Shown here piece by piece: positions 47,489-57,847 of a DNA stretch of 64,000 nt. Both the position numbers and the translations under genes were made by a program. Each line of letters begins with the position of its first letter. Position 1 is the first letter of the stretch. The notes under the pieces were generated by a model. It ran no database searches and had not been told where the DNA came from. It worked only from the letters and a program-made list of their open reading frames with translations. Origin of the DNA: a virus (lineage: Duplodnaviria > Caudoviricetes); IMG/VR virus record IMGVR_UViG_3300032030_000038, positions 1-64,000 of that record; one strand, 5' to 3'.

Positions 47489-47668
47489 TTAATAGATATC
47501 GGGATCAAGATATTCGTCAATCATTCTATCTATTACCTCGTCTGGAAGTTCCGGATTGAGATGTTCCTCAATCATTTTATCCGCAATTTCATCGGGTAAT
47601 TCAGGATTAAGATGTCTTTCAATCATTTCATCAATAAGATTTCCATTAGTTAATTCTTCTTCTTTCAT
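47489..47668 (-). CDS. acidic 59-aa peptide with 17-aa tandem repeats, absent from the ORF track
   Basis: MKEEELTNGNLI-DEMIERHLNPELPDEIA-DKMIEEHLNPELPDEVI-DRMIDEYLDPDIY*; repeat cores differ at synonymous sites. Confidence 0.8.
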   Translation of the reverse strand: MKEEELTNGNLIDEMIERHLNPELPDEIADKMIEEHLNPELPDEVIDRMIDEYLDPDIY

Positions 47669-47697
47669 GTTAATTTGTTTTAAGTTAGTAAAATAAT

Positions 47698-48213
47698 TTA
47701 ATTTTTGTTAACAACTTTCCAATATTCATCATGGATTTTTTCTCCATCAATATTTCCCCATTTACAAGGCTTAATACATTTATAAAAACAAACATCTGAC
47801 AGAAGTTCACCCACTACATCTGGAAATTCTTTGCAAGTAATCTGAACTGCTTTATTCAGCTTTTTGGCTTGCCACTTGTTTACCAGCTTTACCAATCCAA
47901 TACTCCTATTAAAATCAGATAATCCAACTCTACGCCATCCAAACTGAGTCTTCTTGATAGGAATTAAATAATAATCAATTTTCCATATTAACAGTTCAAA
48001 CCAACTTTCTCCACGAAATAGTTTATAACCAAAAAGAATAGTGGATATTTCTCCATTCCACATTCGAAAATAATCATCCCTGTAAGTACCGTACTTCTCT
48101 TTACCATACACCCCGCACTTTGCCCATTTTCTGATACGATACTCAAGAATGTCAATGGCATTATATAATTGATTACCATACTTTTTAAACCATTCGTCTC
48201 CCCATATATGCAT
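47698..48213 (-). CDS. hypothetical Trp-rich protein
   Basis: MHIWGDEWF..., GKEKYGTYR; 171 aa. Confidence 0.65.
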   Translation of the reverse strand: MHIWGDEWFKKYGNQLYNAIDILEYRIRKWAKCGVYGKEKYGTYRDDYFRMWNGEISTILFGYKLFRGESWFELLIWKIDYYLIPIKKTQFGWRRVGLSDFNRSIGLVKLVNKWQAKKLNKAVQITCKEFPDVVGELLSDVCFYKCIKPCKWGNIDGEKIHDEYWKVVNKN

Positions 48214-48221
48214 AATATTTT

Positions 48222-48461
48222 TTATTTAGTTTCATAATTAATAATTTCATTGCATATTCTTTTTAACATTAAATATAAATTAATAACCATTTTTGTAGCA
48301 TGTCCATATTCTTGTGTCTCTCCTGTAATTATTTCAACAGCTATAAAACTAAGTTCAACACATATAATAGCAATATATGCTATTATAACAAATGGGAAAA
48401 TAAAAGCAATAACAAGAAGCATTAATAAAATTGCTTCAATATATTTAATCATTTTTTTCAT
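48222..48461 (-). CDS. small membrane protein
   Basis: Hydrophobic stretch of about 35 residues. Confidence 0.6.
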   Translation of the reverse strand: MKKMIKYIEAILLMLLVIAFIFPFVIIAYIAIICVELSFIAVEIITGETQEYGHATKMVINLYLMLKRICNEIINYETK

Positions 48462-48462
48462 T

Positions 48463-48711
48463 TCAAATACATTCTAGAATTTCTTCTTTTACAGAACAAT
48501 CAGAAATGAAATTCCCATCTTCATCGTATACATCAAATCCCCCAATATCATCAGGGAAAATCCCAATTTCATCCTCATAATAATAAGGATGTACTATCAA
48601 ATCTGATTTACCATCATTAACTTTTAGAATAAAATCCTCGCCTACTTCAGGAGAATAATTATCAAATTCTTCCAAAGTAACTATTCTATAATATTTATTA
48701 TGATCTACCAT
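48463..48711 (-). CDS. acidic hypothetical protein
   Basis: 82-aa ORF rich in D/E, tightly packed. Confidence 0.55.
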   Translation of the reverse strand: MVDHNKYYRIVTLEEFDNYSPEVGEDFILKVNDGKSDLIVHPYYYEDEIGIFPDDIGGFDVYDEDGNFISDCSVKEEILECI

Positions 48712-48716
48712 TTTAA

Positions 48717-50945
48717 TTACTTTTTACAAATCATTAGATTACAAACAGAATAACCACAATTTGTACATTCCTTGCACCCACCATGTTTTATAAGTTTTTC
48801 ACCACATTCAGGACACACAGCATAACTTGTGTCATCACTGTCATCATAATACTTATTAAGTACACGACAAATAGCAGAAGTGAATGATGAAATTACAGGA
48901 TTGACTTTCTTAGCAGTTTTTATGATGAAATTTATATCAGCATGATGCCTTAACAACATTGAAATATACAAAGTAGTTGCTCTTTCTTCAATATTACCAT
49001 AATAATCATTGAGATTATCAATAGTATATGAATAAGATGAGCTTACAAATTTAAACAGTCCCTTCTTTATCTTGATAGTACTGCCTGTTGATTCAACAAT
49101 ATCAGTCCTATCTTCAGGGATTTTAAATGCAAATACTTCATATGGCTTCTTGTCCAATTCACCAACAACAACAGCAAATTTTTCACCGTTAACTGTGATT
49201 TTATATAAAGTTGAATTGATTACCTTTGGACGTTTCTTCACTTTTAAAGGTTGTTTTTGCTCTTCTTTATTTACAAACAACACAGGATCCCTGCTACCAT
49301 CCCTGTAAATAGTAATTCCCTTCAAACCTCTACTCCATGCATATAAATACAATTGCTCGACTTCATCAATTGTTGTTTCTTTAGGAAGATTCGTAGTGGA
49401 ACTTATGGCAGTATCAACATATTCCTGAGCAATTGCTTGAATATCGACACGAAGTTTCCAAGGAATATCATTTGCTGTAACGAAATAATAAGGCAAGGAA
49501 TCGACAGTATCTTCAGGATGTAATTTCAAATAATATTCAACAATCTCAGGATAAACAGTATATACAGATTCTTTACCATCAATAGATACTGTTTTTCTTT
49601 GATATTGTAATGCAAACAAGGGCTCTATACCCATTGTGGATGCACCAATCAGATTACTTATTGAGCCTGTAGGAGCAATAGTAAGCATCGAACAGTTCCT
49701 GAGATACTTTACAGGCTTCTCTGAATATTCTTCTCCAAAAGAGTGATTTACAATATCAGTAAGACCATAATTATTGGCAGCCTTGAATTTAGCAAAACAT
49801 CCATATTTCTTACCAAAGAATTGATTCAATTTAAAACATTCTTTAAATAAGAATTTCATAATTTCTTTAGTAAGCTCTTTTGATTTGTCACTACCATAAG
49901 GTGTTTGGAACATTATAAACACTTCGGCAAGACCCGTAATACCAATGCCTATATTGCGCCAATTTTCAGCAGCTTCACGCTGTTCTTTCAATGCATGCTT
50001 TTCCATACCTTCGTCAATAACATCATTCATTGCCTTGTAAATGTAAGGCAAGTCTTCTGCAAGCTCTGAATAATTGAATTTTACATCATTTGTAAAGGGA
50101 TTCTGTACATACTTTGCAAGATTGATTGCTGACAAATTACATGCACCGTTTTTAATCAAAGGCTGCTCACCACAAGGATTAACACATTCTATTGTATAAT
50201 CTTTGTCATATTGATTAAGATTATATGTATTTATTGTGTCCATGAATAATACACCAGGTTCAGCACATTCCCATGCATATTTGCACAATAATTTAAACAA
50301 CCTTATAGGTACAATAGTATATTCAATAACAGAATTTTCATACTTACGAGAACAATGCATTTCAATTTCTTCATTGTCTGTATAATATTTCTGCACAGCA
50401 TACATGAATTCATCACTGATTTCCAAAGATAAATTTGCATTATTTATCCTGTTCAAATCAGTCTTGATTTTCATGAATGTCTCTGCTTCCTTGTGTGTAA
50501 TATCCAATGACATAAGCAAAGCACCTCTTCGTCCACCTCCTTGCGAAATACTGCCTGTAATCTTGTCAAACATCTCCATGAATGGTACAATACCATCGGA
50601 TTGATATCTGTTCGCTACAGACGTTCCTATGGGCCTTATAAGGGACAAAGACACACCCTGTCCTCCTTGTGCCTTAAAAGTAAGAGCAATATTTTTGCAA
50701 GTATCCATAATTTCACTCAAAGAATCACCTACTCTACCACTAGTATAACAATTACTAAGACTACCAATCAATCCTCTATTTGATAAAGTACGTCCACCAA
50801 AAATAAATTTTTTCTCTCTAATAAGTCTTTCAATGTACTTATCGCCACCAGAGACCCGGACGAACCAGTCGTCCAGGGTCTCATTGTTATGGCGATATTT
50901 AGATTCCCAAATGCGTTTAGCTAAATCAGAATTTAAATATTCCAT
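48717..50945 (-). CDS. nrdJ: class II (adenosylcobalamin-dependent) ribonucleotide reductase
   Basis: SNCY, NPCGEQ, TIAPTGS, ISSTTN, KGITIYRDGSR; C-terminal CPEC...CTNC; no NrdB nearby. Confidence 0.85.
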   Translation of the reverse strand: MEYLNSDLAKRIWESKYRHNNETLDDWFVRVSGGDKYIERLIREKKFIFGGRTLSNRGLIGSLSNCYTSGRVGDSLSEIMDTCKNIALTFKAQGGQGVSLSLIRPIGTSVANRYQSDGIVPFMEMFDKITGSISQGGGRRGALLMSLDITHKEAETFMKIKTDLNRINNANLSLEISDEFMYAVQKYYTDNEEIEMHCSRKYENSVIEYTIVPIRLFKLLCKYAWECAEPGVLFMDTINTYNLNQYDKDYTIECVNPCGEQPLIKNGACNLSAINLAKYVQNPFTNDVKFNYSELAEDLPYIYKAMNDVIDEGMEKHALKEQREAAENWRNIGIGITGLAEVFIMFQTPYGSDKSKELTKEIMKFLFKECFKLNQFFGKKYGCFAKFKAANNYGLTDIVNHSFGEEYSEKPVKYLRNCSMLTIAPTGSISNLIGASTMGIEPLFALQYQRKTVSIDGKESVYTVYPEIVEYYLKLHPEDTVDSLPYYFVTANDIPWKLRVDIQAIAQEYVDTAISSTTNLPKETTIDEVEQLYLYAWSRGLKGITIYRDGSRDPVLFVNKEEQKQPLKVKKRPKVINSTLYKITVNGEKFAVVVGELDKKPYEVFAFKIPEDRTDIVESTGSTIKIKKGLFKFVSSSYSYTIDNLNDYYGNIEERATTLYISMLLRHHADINFIIKTAKKVNPVISSFTSAICRVLNKYYDDSDDTSYAVCPECGEKLIKHGGCKECTNCGYSVCNLMICKK

Positions 50946-51988
50946 TAATCAATAATATTTATGTAAGTAATTTGGTTAGTATTTTGCTTTGAATAAATGT
51001 CGTTTATAATATTTTCAGGATAATTAAACTCTCTGTTTGTTCTGTGCCATTCGATTTTATTGATTATTTCAATATATTTAGGAACAGAAGCTCCTTTCTT
51101 TGAAATAACAAGATTTCCTTCCTCATTATATTTTATAGGAAAGTTAAAAATCATTGGTACAGAATTTTGAGCGCTTACTACAAGAAATTTAAAATCATCA
51201 ATTTCCCATAAACCACAATCATCACAGTTACTTATACACCACTTTAAAACATCCTGATACATTTCAGCTTGTCTATAATATCTGAATTTGTAAAATGAAT
51301 TTTCAACCCATTCACTTTCAGGAGATTGTGTGACTTTTAAATCAAATGGTATTATTTTATGATTTTTTTCATCAACAAGAATCATGTCATGCAATGTTCT
51401 TACATTGCCTTTTGTCATCCTAACTTGATAAAAAGCCTTGAAATTTGTAAATAACTTTTTAGTAAGTTCACCTGTCTTTAAAATATTTACAATATTTACA
51501 GCCTGATTATAATCATCAGCTGTTATTGATATTTTTGAACTATTACATTGAAACTTTTTAAACGATTCGAAAAGATTATATACTTTTTGAAGTACTGTAT
51601 CGTCTTTAAAAGAAGCATATATTTTATTCAATCTGCATATAGACAATATAAAATTGTCACTTTCTTCCGAACGGTTTGAGAAATAAACAGGTAATCCGGA
51701 GTCAAATAGATTTTCATTAAAGATATTGTATAATTCCATCTGCTTTTCTGAAAGCATATCATCAGAATTACAAATATAAAATTCACTGTTAAAAATTTCC
51801 GGAGTAAACAACAAACAATCAACCAAAGAACCGAAATTCATTGCTTTTGTTGCTTTACACTCAATAAGTAATCCTTTAGGACCATATTTTTCAAAATTTA
51901 CAACATCAGAATGTCCAATTCTGCTATCTGCAAAATAATCTTCTTTATTCCACTTTGAGTTTTTTCTTAACAAATCAATTACATTCAT
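50945..51988 (-). CDS. PD-(D/E)XK exonuclease (RecB/RecE-like)
   Basis: FGSLVD, D..DLKVT and YYRQAEMY motifs. Confidence 0.75.
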   Translation of the reverse strand: MNVIDLLRKNSKWNKEDYFADSRIGHSDVVNFEKYGPKGLLIECKATKAMNFGSLVDCLLFTPEIFNSEFYICNSDDMLSEKQMELYNIFNENLFDSGLPVYFSNRSEESDNFILSICRLNKIYASFKDDTVLQKVYNLFESFKKFQCNSSKISITADDYNQAVNIVNILKTGELTKKLFTNFKAFYQVRMTKGNVRTLHDMILVDEKNHKIIPFDLKVTQSPESEWVENSFYKFRYYRQAEMYQDVLKWCISNCDDCGLWEIDDFKFLVVSAQNSVPMIFNFPIKYNEEGNLVISKKGASVPKYIEIINKIEWHRTNREFNYPENIINDIYSKQNTNQITYINIID

Positions 51989-52000
51989 AAACCTACAATT

Positions 52001-52210
52001 TTAATAATATATTTCATCTTCATCTTCCACCAGATCATCTGAAATACCACTTAATTCAAAAGATAAATCTGCAGTTTTTTTCAACAAATCATCAATAATG
52101 AATTCAATGTCTTCATACTGACCATTTTTGAGCAAAGATAATAAATTTTTCTCTAACTCAGGTTTTAAATTGAGTTTTTTAATTTTTTTTGCAATTTGAA
52201 CTAGTGACAT
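52001..52210 (-). CDS. hypothetical protein with an acidic C-terminus
   Basis: Ends DDLVEDEDEIYY. Confidence 0.6.
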   Translation of the reverse strand: MSLVQIAKKIKKLNLKPELEKNLLSLLKNGQYEDIEFIIDDLLKKTADLSFELSGISDDLVEDEDEIYY

Positions 52211-52213
52211 ACT

Positions 52214-52675
52214 TCATAGATTATCAGTTAATATCATATTTACACATTCCTTAACTTGTTTTTGATTATGTGGTTCCATAAAAACTATATTTTTATCAAC
52301 CTTTTTTGATAACACATCTTGACAATATTTAAGGAACATTTTTTTCTTTAGAGGATAGGAATCATTTGGTTTCCCTTTTGTTTCTATAAAAATCCAATTG
52401 TTTTTATACTTTACCATAAAATCAGGGGTATATGTAATATCCCTGATTTTATTGCAGTAATGTAAAAGATTATAACCAGAACCCCTCTTCTTCGGTGTTA
52501 TTATTTTAACACGGTCTGGAATAAATCCAGATAAAAGAGTGACTTTTATTGGTTCATATTTAGGAGATAGTCCAACTTCTTTCAATTGTTGATAACAATA
52601 TCCTTCAAGTTTTGATTTGAATTTTATGTTATCAATAACAATCGATTGCGCATTTTTTACCTTTTTATTACTCAT
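52214..52675 (-). CDS. T7 endonuclease I-like Holliday junction resolvase
   Basis: FKSKLE, YTPDF and FIETKG motifs. Confidence 0.8.
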   Translation of the reverse strand: MSNKKVKNAQSIVIDNIKFKSKLEGYCYQQLKEVGLSPKYEPIKVTLLSGFIPDRVKIITPKKRGSGYNLLHYCNKIRDITYTPDFMVKYKNNWIFIETKGKPNDSYPLKKKMFLKYCQDVLSKKVDKNIVFMEPHNQKQVKECVNMILTDNL

Positions 52676-52678
52676 AGG

Positions 52679-54007
52679 CTACTTTATAAATTTTGATATA
52701 CAAATCAAATCATCCAGACCTGATTCAGCACCTATATAATCATGTAATAATTCCTGTTTTTGCTTTAGAGTTTCCAAGTCTCTCAATGCTCTGAACATAG
52801 AACACCTTTTTACATGAGGTGCTTCATAACAATAAGCAACATCAATCACATCATAAAGAGAGTCACCCATATCACTATATAAAGCCGTATTCAATTCCGT
52901 ATAGAAATTTTCAATTGGCAAATCTTTTAATCTACAATAAATAGATTCCGCTATTTTAATCATTCCTGTCAGAATGTACAACCAAATAGTTATTTTATTA
53001 AAATTTCTGGTCGGACTTAAAAAGCGAAATTCAACAGTTTTATGTTTCTTATAAAACAAAAGATTTATAAAATTGACCCAATGATATCTTGATGATACAT
53101 TCCACTTTCTCGTTCTTGAAGAATCATTTGGATGATTGGCTGTCAAATCAATCTTTGAGATATCATTTTCATTTATATAGAAATCTTCATTACTGATATA
53201 GTAATTATACATTTCAGATATATTTGAAAAATCCAAAAGTTTTTTACAATAATCCTTTTTACTCTTTTTGAATTTTGAAGTATTAAATGCATACTTTGGA
53301 ATGACAGAAACAATTGCATCTTCAAATTTTTTACATACCTTATATAATGTAAATATGAATCTTATATCATTAGGCACTTTTCCAAAATGAATATGCAACG
53401 AACATTCTTTATCAAAACTTGTATACTTTTTAAGCAATTTCAATTGATTTTTCAGAATACTCAAACCATAAGTCTTCCCTAATACAATAGATGAATATTC
53501 AAATCCTGAAATTGACCCATCTCTTAAAGGAATAAGTCCGTACTTATAGCATAAATGTTCTGGAATCATACCACTGCTCGTTTCAAACTCAAAACCAAAA
53601 GAATATTTCAATAGTGATTGAAGCTTATCATTAATCTCCCTGTCCTTTTCAGTATAAAGATTGAATCTTGTTAATAAATTATTGCAAGAATATTCCAAAT
53701 TAAAAGTTTTGTATTGACAACGACCTCTTTCTTTTAAACATCTATAAACTACAAGGGATTTATTATTTACATCTCCATATATATAAAAATAAACACCATT
53801 GTTTTTATTATAAAACAAATTTTCTTTATATTTTATTGATGTAATATCAGTCATCATATCTGCTATAAAGTGTTCAGGCGTTTCTTTATTACTTGAAACA
53901 TAAAAAATTTGCATATACCCTATCTTATTATAAGCTACATCCACTCTTTTAGCTTCATATTCATTTGTATTTATCAATAAATCCTCATTAAGCAATAATA
54001 CTCTCAT
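52679..54007 (-). CDS. putative amidoligase (glutamine synthetase/glutamate-cysteine ligase fold)
   Basis: FGFEFET, RDGSI.GFEY, CSLHIH, RYHWVN and TVEFR motifs. Confidence 0.8.
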   Translation of the reverse strand: MRVLLLNEDLLINTNEYEAKRVDVAYNKIGYMQIFYVSSNKETPEHFIADMMTDITSIKYKENLFYNKNNGVYFYIYGDVNNKSLVVYRCLKERGRCQYKTFNLEYSCNNLLTRFNLYTEKDREINDKLQSLLKYSFGFEFETSSGMIPEHLCYKYGLIPLRDGSISGFEYSSIVLGKTYGLSILKNQLKLLKKYTSFDKECSLHIHFGKVPNDIRFIFTLYKVCKKFEDAIVSVIPKYAFNTSKFKKSKKDYCKKLLDFSNISEMYNYYISNEDFYINENDISKIDLTANHPNDSSRTRKWNVSSRYHWVNFINLLFYKKHKTVEFRFLSPTRNFNKITIWLYILTGMIKIAESIYCRLKDLPIENFYTELNTALYSDMGDSLYDVIDVAYCYEAPHVKRCSMFRALRDLETLKQKQELLHDYIGAESGLDDLICISKFIK

Positions 54008-55607
54008 ATACTTTATTAATTAATGTTTGTAATTTCATTTTATCATAAATATCATAATTATTCAAATACTTTGCAAATGAATCTTTATAAAATTCCTTTG
54101 CCAATTCTATACTAAACTGCTTCTTAACATCCTTGGTGGATAGCATACCGTTTTTTATATACGATTTAATAAAAGAGTCCGGGGATTGCAAAGGCATTAT
54201 GAATTTATAATTATTTATCACTTTGTTTTTTGCTGATATAAAAGTGCTTGTTTTAGTATCGAAGTAAGGCATAGTATTAAAATAATTACTTTTTCCAGAC
54301 ATAGTATCAAGAATATCATAAGGATAACAATCATAATATTCACTAATTAAATCAAGAGCCACGAGTATTTTAGGATGATATAATAAGTTTCCATTTACGA
54401 AAGCATAAAAATTCTTTACTGAAAAATTATTATTTTGATTTATCTTAAGTCCTGATTTTGACAAACTGTATATACCATCGGCAGGTAAATCCCCATCCAT
54501 ATAAATACATCCGTCAAAATAAACTCTATCACAATCAAGTGTTGTATCATCGGGAGAATGTGTCTTTTTTAAATATTGAATAGCTTCCAAAGTACACATA
54601 TTACTAAGTTCATTAGGAACTTTTACTGGCAACTCATCTAAAAACAAACTAGGGTGTGACTCAACTAATTCGTTTGAAGACTCTTTATTTGTTTCTACCG
54701 TTTTGTTAGTAGTACTTACAGTACCCCAATCATAATCATCAATATCATAATCATTATAATAAGGATAAGAAGGATTGTATACTAAAGGGAGTTCAGGATC
54801 TTTTTTAGTGCTATTATAAGTGCTAGTATAAGTACTTGAAGTAGAAATTTCAATTTGTACAAGATTAGAACGATCATACTCTTGAACTTTATATAATTGA
54901 TATCCTTCTATCATATAAAGGGTATTCGTTTCAATAGAAACAAATCCTTTATTATTCAAATATACATTATTATACCTTTCAAGATGTTCTTTTAAAGAAC
55001 TGAACCAATAACCATTAGTATCTTTTAACAAAAACAGAGGTCTTTCTTCATCAGTATTTGAAGTTTTGTACTTTTTTGACGCTCCTTTAAAAATATGAAC
55101 TACAGGTTTTCTTTCTTTATTTTGCCTGTAATCAACTGTAACAAAAGCGCCAGTACCTGTATATTCCGAGAGTACATCATACCCACAAAAATATATTATA
55201 TAAGCCATTACTTGACTATCAGTATACCCCTCTGCATTAGTAAGATACTTATCACGCAAATCTTCATAATTAGAAATGGTTCCATTATGAATCAATACAA
55301 AATCAACCTCATCGTTATCATTTGTAATAACTACAGGCTGAGCATTTTCCAATGAAGTTACACCTATAGATGTTTTTCTGTCATGACCAATTATAATATG
55401 GGCTTTTTTAGTTTTATTAAACAACTTGCTTGTTTTATAAAAACTATCAAATTTTTTCTTGTCATCAACCCCATATTCCACATTACCATCTATAAACAAT
55501 CCGCATGAATCTCCTCCTCTAGTGTCATTATGTATTCCTAAATTACAAAGCAGTAATTTATTAAATTCAGTTCTTTCTTTTCCTATAAATCCAAATAAAC
55601 CACACAT
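53988..55607 (-). CDS. class II (Ntn) glutamine amidotransferase with a long C-terminal extension
   Basis: MCGLFG N-terminal nucleophile, RGGDSCG, GHDR, HNGTISN, TDSQ. Confidence 0.88.
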   Translation of the reverse strand: MCGLFGFIGKERTEFNKLLLCNLGIHNDTRGGDSCGLFIDGNVEYGVDDKKKFDSFYKTSKLFNKTKKAHIIIGHDRKTSIGVTSLENAQPVVITNDNDEVDFVLIHNGTISNYEDLRDKYLTNAEGYTDSQVMAYIIYFCGYDVLSEYTGTGAFVTVDYRQNKERKPVVHIFKGASKKYKTSNTDEERPLFLLKDTNGYWFSSLKEHLERYNNVYLNNKGFVSIETNTLYMIEGYQLYKVQEYDRSNLVQIEISTSSTYTSTYNSTKKDPELPLVYNPSYPYYNDYDIDDYDWGTVSTTNKTVETNKESSNELVESHPSLFLDELPVKVPNELSNMCTLEAIQYLKKTHSPDDTTLDCDRVYFDGCIYMDGDLPADGIYSLSKSGLKINQNNNFSVKNFYAFVNGNLLYHPKILVALDLISEYYDCYPYDILDTMSGKSNYFNTMPYFDTKTSTFISAKNKVINNYKFIMPLQSPDSFIKSYIKNGMLSTKDVKKQFSIELAKEFYKDSFAKYLNNYDIYDKMKLQTLINKVYESIIA

Positions 55608-55609
55608 AT

Positions 55610-56407
55610 TTATATTAAATTAAATTCATTGATTAATTCTATTGCTTGTTTAGCATTTGATTTATTAATTATACTCACTATTTTTTGGTAAGGTGGCAGT
55701 TGTTTTCCTTTTAAAAATGCTTCAATTGCAAGACGTACTCTTTTTTGTACCCATCTTACAGTTTTTTCATCTTGAAGAAAAGCTCCGGATAACACTCTCC
55801 ACTCCACTCCCCAACGTTGAAATCTGAAACAACCAGCCTTTCCATACAATGTCCGTCTGTTTTTATCCTTATCTAATATAATGGAAGGAATGCCTACATA
55901 AGCATCAAGATATTTTATAATCTCAAGACTTGTTTCAATCATAGGATTATCATACCCTATATGAATATGAAAACCACTACTTCTAAAATTAGGAGCAATT
56001 AATTCAGGTTTTTTATTTTGCTTTTGATTATATGCATTATAATCAGGATCACAACCAAATAAACAAGCCTGTTCATTATTAAGATATTTTTCAGGGATGA
56101 ATTGACTTGCCGAGGGTTTTAATATTAGATGAGATTGTTCTTTTTCAAGATATTCATTAATATAGTTCTTCATAGACAGAATATCAACAATGAAATCATC
56201 GTTTTCAAATAATTTACTTGCAGGAATATTGAATTCTGCAAGAACATTATCAGTTTGCATTGCAAATCCCTCACCTAATTCATCGACTTGATACGGAATT
56301 TCTTTTGTTCCGGGGATATAACCTATTGCTGAAGCAAATTCATTTTCTTCAGTATTGAATACAAAACATTCGGGATCGGCTCCTATTGTTATATTTTTAA
56401 TTTGCAT
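55610..56407 (-). CDS. phiEco32-like COOH-NH2 ligase (GS-like fold)
   Basis: TIGADPE, DNVLAEFNI, GCDPD, RSSGFHIHIG, RRTLYGKAG, GVEWRVLS. Confidence 0.88.
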   Translation of the reverse strand: MQIKNITIGADPECFVFNTEENEFASAIGYIPGTKEIPYQVDELGEGFAMQTDNVLAEFNIPASKLFENDDFIVDILSMKNYINEYLEKEQSHLILKPSASQFIPEKYLNNEQACLFGCDPDYNAYNQKQNKKPELIAPNFRSSGFHIHIGYDNPMIETSLEIIKYLDAYVGIPSIILDKDKNRRTLYGKAGCFRFQRWGVEWRVLSGAFLQDEKTVRWVQKRVRLAIEAFLKGKQLPPYQKIVSIINKSNAKQAIELINEFNLI

Positions 56408-57002
56408 AGTAGTTAATTATATTATTTATTATTTTTATAAATTTATCATCATTATTCATCCATTCAGGATGTCCCTGAATAGCAAGCATCTTTGTTTTTG
56501 GATACCAAATTACTTCTGGCTCGTAAGGAGGGTTCTCAAGACCGTCTGAATAATAATGATCACTTCTTGACTCGGTAGACCAAGCCAATACATCATAATT
56601 TTCATTAGGTAGATTAAACGGATAACACATTTGATGATGACATGAAGTAACCATACAAGTATCACCGTTTTTAAATGTTATTTCATGCTCTCCAAAATGT
56701 CCTGTAACATCTTGAATAAGTTTACCTCCGTTATAAGCGGTAATCATTTGAGCACCTCTGCAAATGCCAATAATAAATTTATTTTCTTCATGGGCTTTAC
56801 CGAGTAAAGTCCATTGAATATAATCCAAATGTTGGTTTATTCCCCTTGTTGCCACATTTTTACTATTATATAAACTCGGGGAAATATCAGCACCACCCGG
56901 TAAAATTACAAAACTTGAATCATTGAATTCATTACTTCTTACAGTATCCTTTATAAAACTGTATCTATTACTTGAAAAATAATACTTCATTATTCTATGC
57001 AA
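56397..57002 (-). CDS. class I glutamine amidotransferase / peptidase C26-like gamma-glutamyl hydrolase
   Basis: PGGADISP, GICRGAQ, HHQ and QGHPE triad motifs. Confidence 0.88.
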   Translation of the reverse strand: MHRIMKYYFSSNRYSFIKDTVRSNEFNDSSFVILPGGADISPSLYNSKNVATRGINQHLDYIQWTLLGKAHEENKFIIGICRGAQMITAYNGGKLIQDVTGHFGEHEITFKNGDTCMVTSCHHQMCYPFNLPNENYDVLAWSTESRSDHYYSDGLENPPYEPEVIWYPKTKMLAIQGHPEWMNNDDKFIKIINNIINYYAN

Positions 57003-57847
57003 TTTGAATCCTTATATTCTTTTAATTTTTTATTAATATAATAACTTAAATAATGTACATAAGCATCAAAAACTTTTTCATAAGAATCATATTTATCAAA
57101 TTTATTTTCAATATTTCGTTTTATAGATCTGTTTAATTGAATATCAGTTAGTCTGTCAACTGAAAAAAGATTCCTATTTATACTATTACAAAATATATGA
57201 TAATTCATTCGTTCTAAAATTTCATTAAGACAATTCGGGTCAAAACGATGATGGGAATCAAAACAAATTCTTCTGGGATCATTATTTAAAAATAAATCAT
57301 CACCCATACTCCACATATACATATTATCAATAAGAAAAACCAACTCAAGTAAACTTAAATTATATTTGTTTGATTTCCAAATATTATAAGCAATTTTTAA
57401 TGTTACAGACAATAAAAATCTGTAAAATCTTCTACACATATTTAATATAAGTAGAATTTGTGGTCTGGTTGCTTCAGTAAATATTAAATATAATTTAATA
57501 AAGTCATCGTGTTCTTCTATTGAATAATCCATAAAAGGAAAATTCAATTTTAAATAATTAAGAATTTCAGTTATTTCATCTATAGAAAAATTTAGTTTAT
57601 TATCTTTATAATATGTTGCGTTATAACCTTCATTATCGATTTGAAAATTTTTATAAATCTTTAAAATTACTGTGCCACTGTTTTTATTAAAAGGTAAAAA
57701 TCCACGTCCTCTCATCAATGCTCCAAAGCATATATAACCATTTTCCGGAACTTCAAATTCTACTGATGAATAAATATTAGCAGCACTCCAAGTCAAAAAT
57801 TTTATTTTATTATTTGTATTTCCAATTTTAATATTATTAGTTCTCAT
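56990..57847 (-). CDS. hypothetical protein embedded in the ligase operon
   Basis: 285-aa ORF overlapping both the ATP-grasp and class I GATase genes. Confidence 0.7.
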   Translation of the reverse strand: MRTNNIKIGNTNNKIKFLTWSAANIYSSVEFEVPENGYICFGALMRGRGFLPFNKNSGTVILKIYKNFQIDNEGYNATYYKDNKLNFSIDEITEILNYLKLNFPFMDYSIEEHDDFIKLYLIFTEATRPQILLILNMCRRFYRFLLSVTLKIAYNIWKSNKYNLSLLELVFLIDNMYMWSMGDDLFLNNDPRRICFDSHHRFDPNCLNEILERMNYHIFCNSINRNLFSVDRLTDIQLNRSIKRNIENKFDKYDSYEKVFDAYVHYLSYYINKKLKEYKDSNCIE

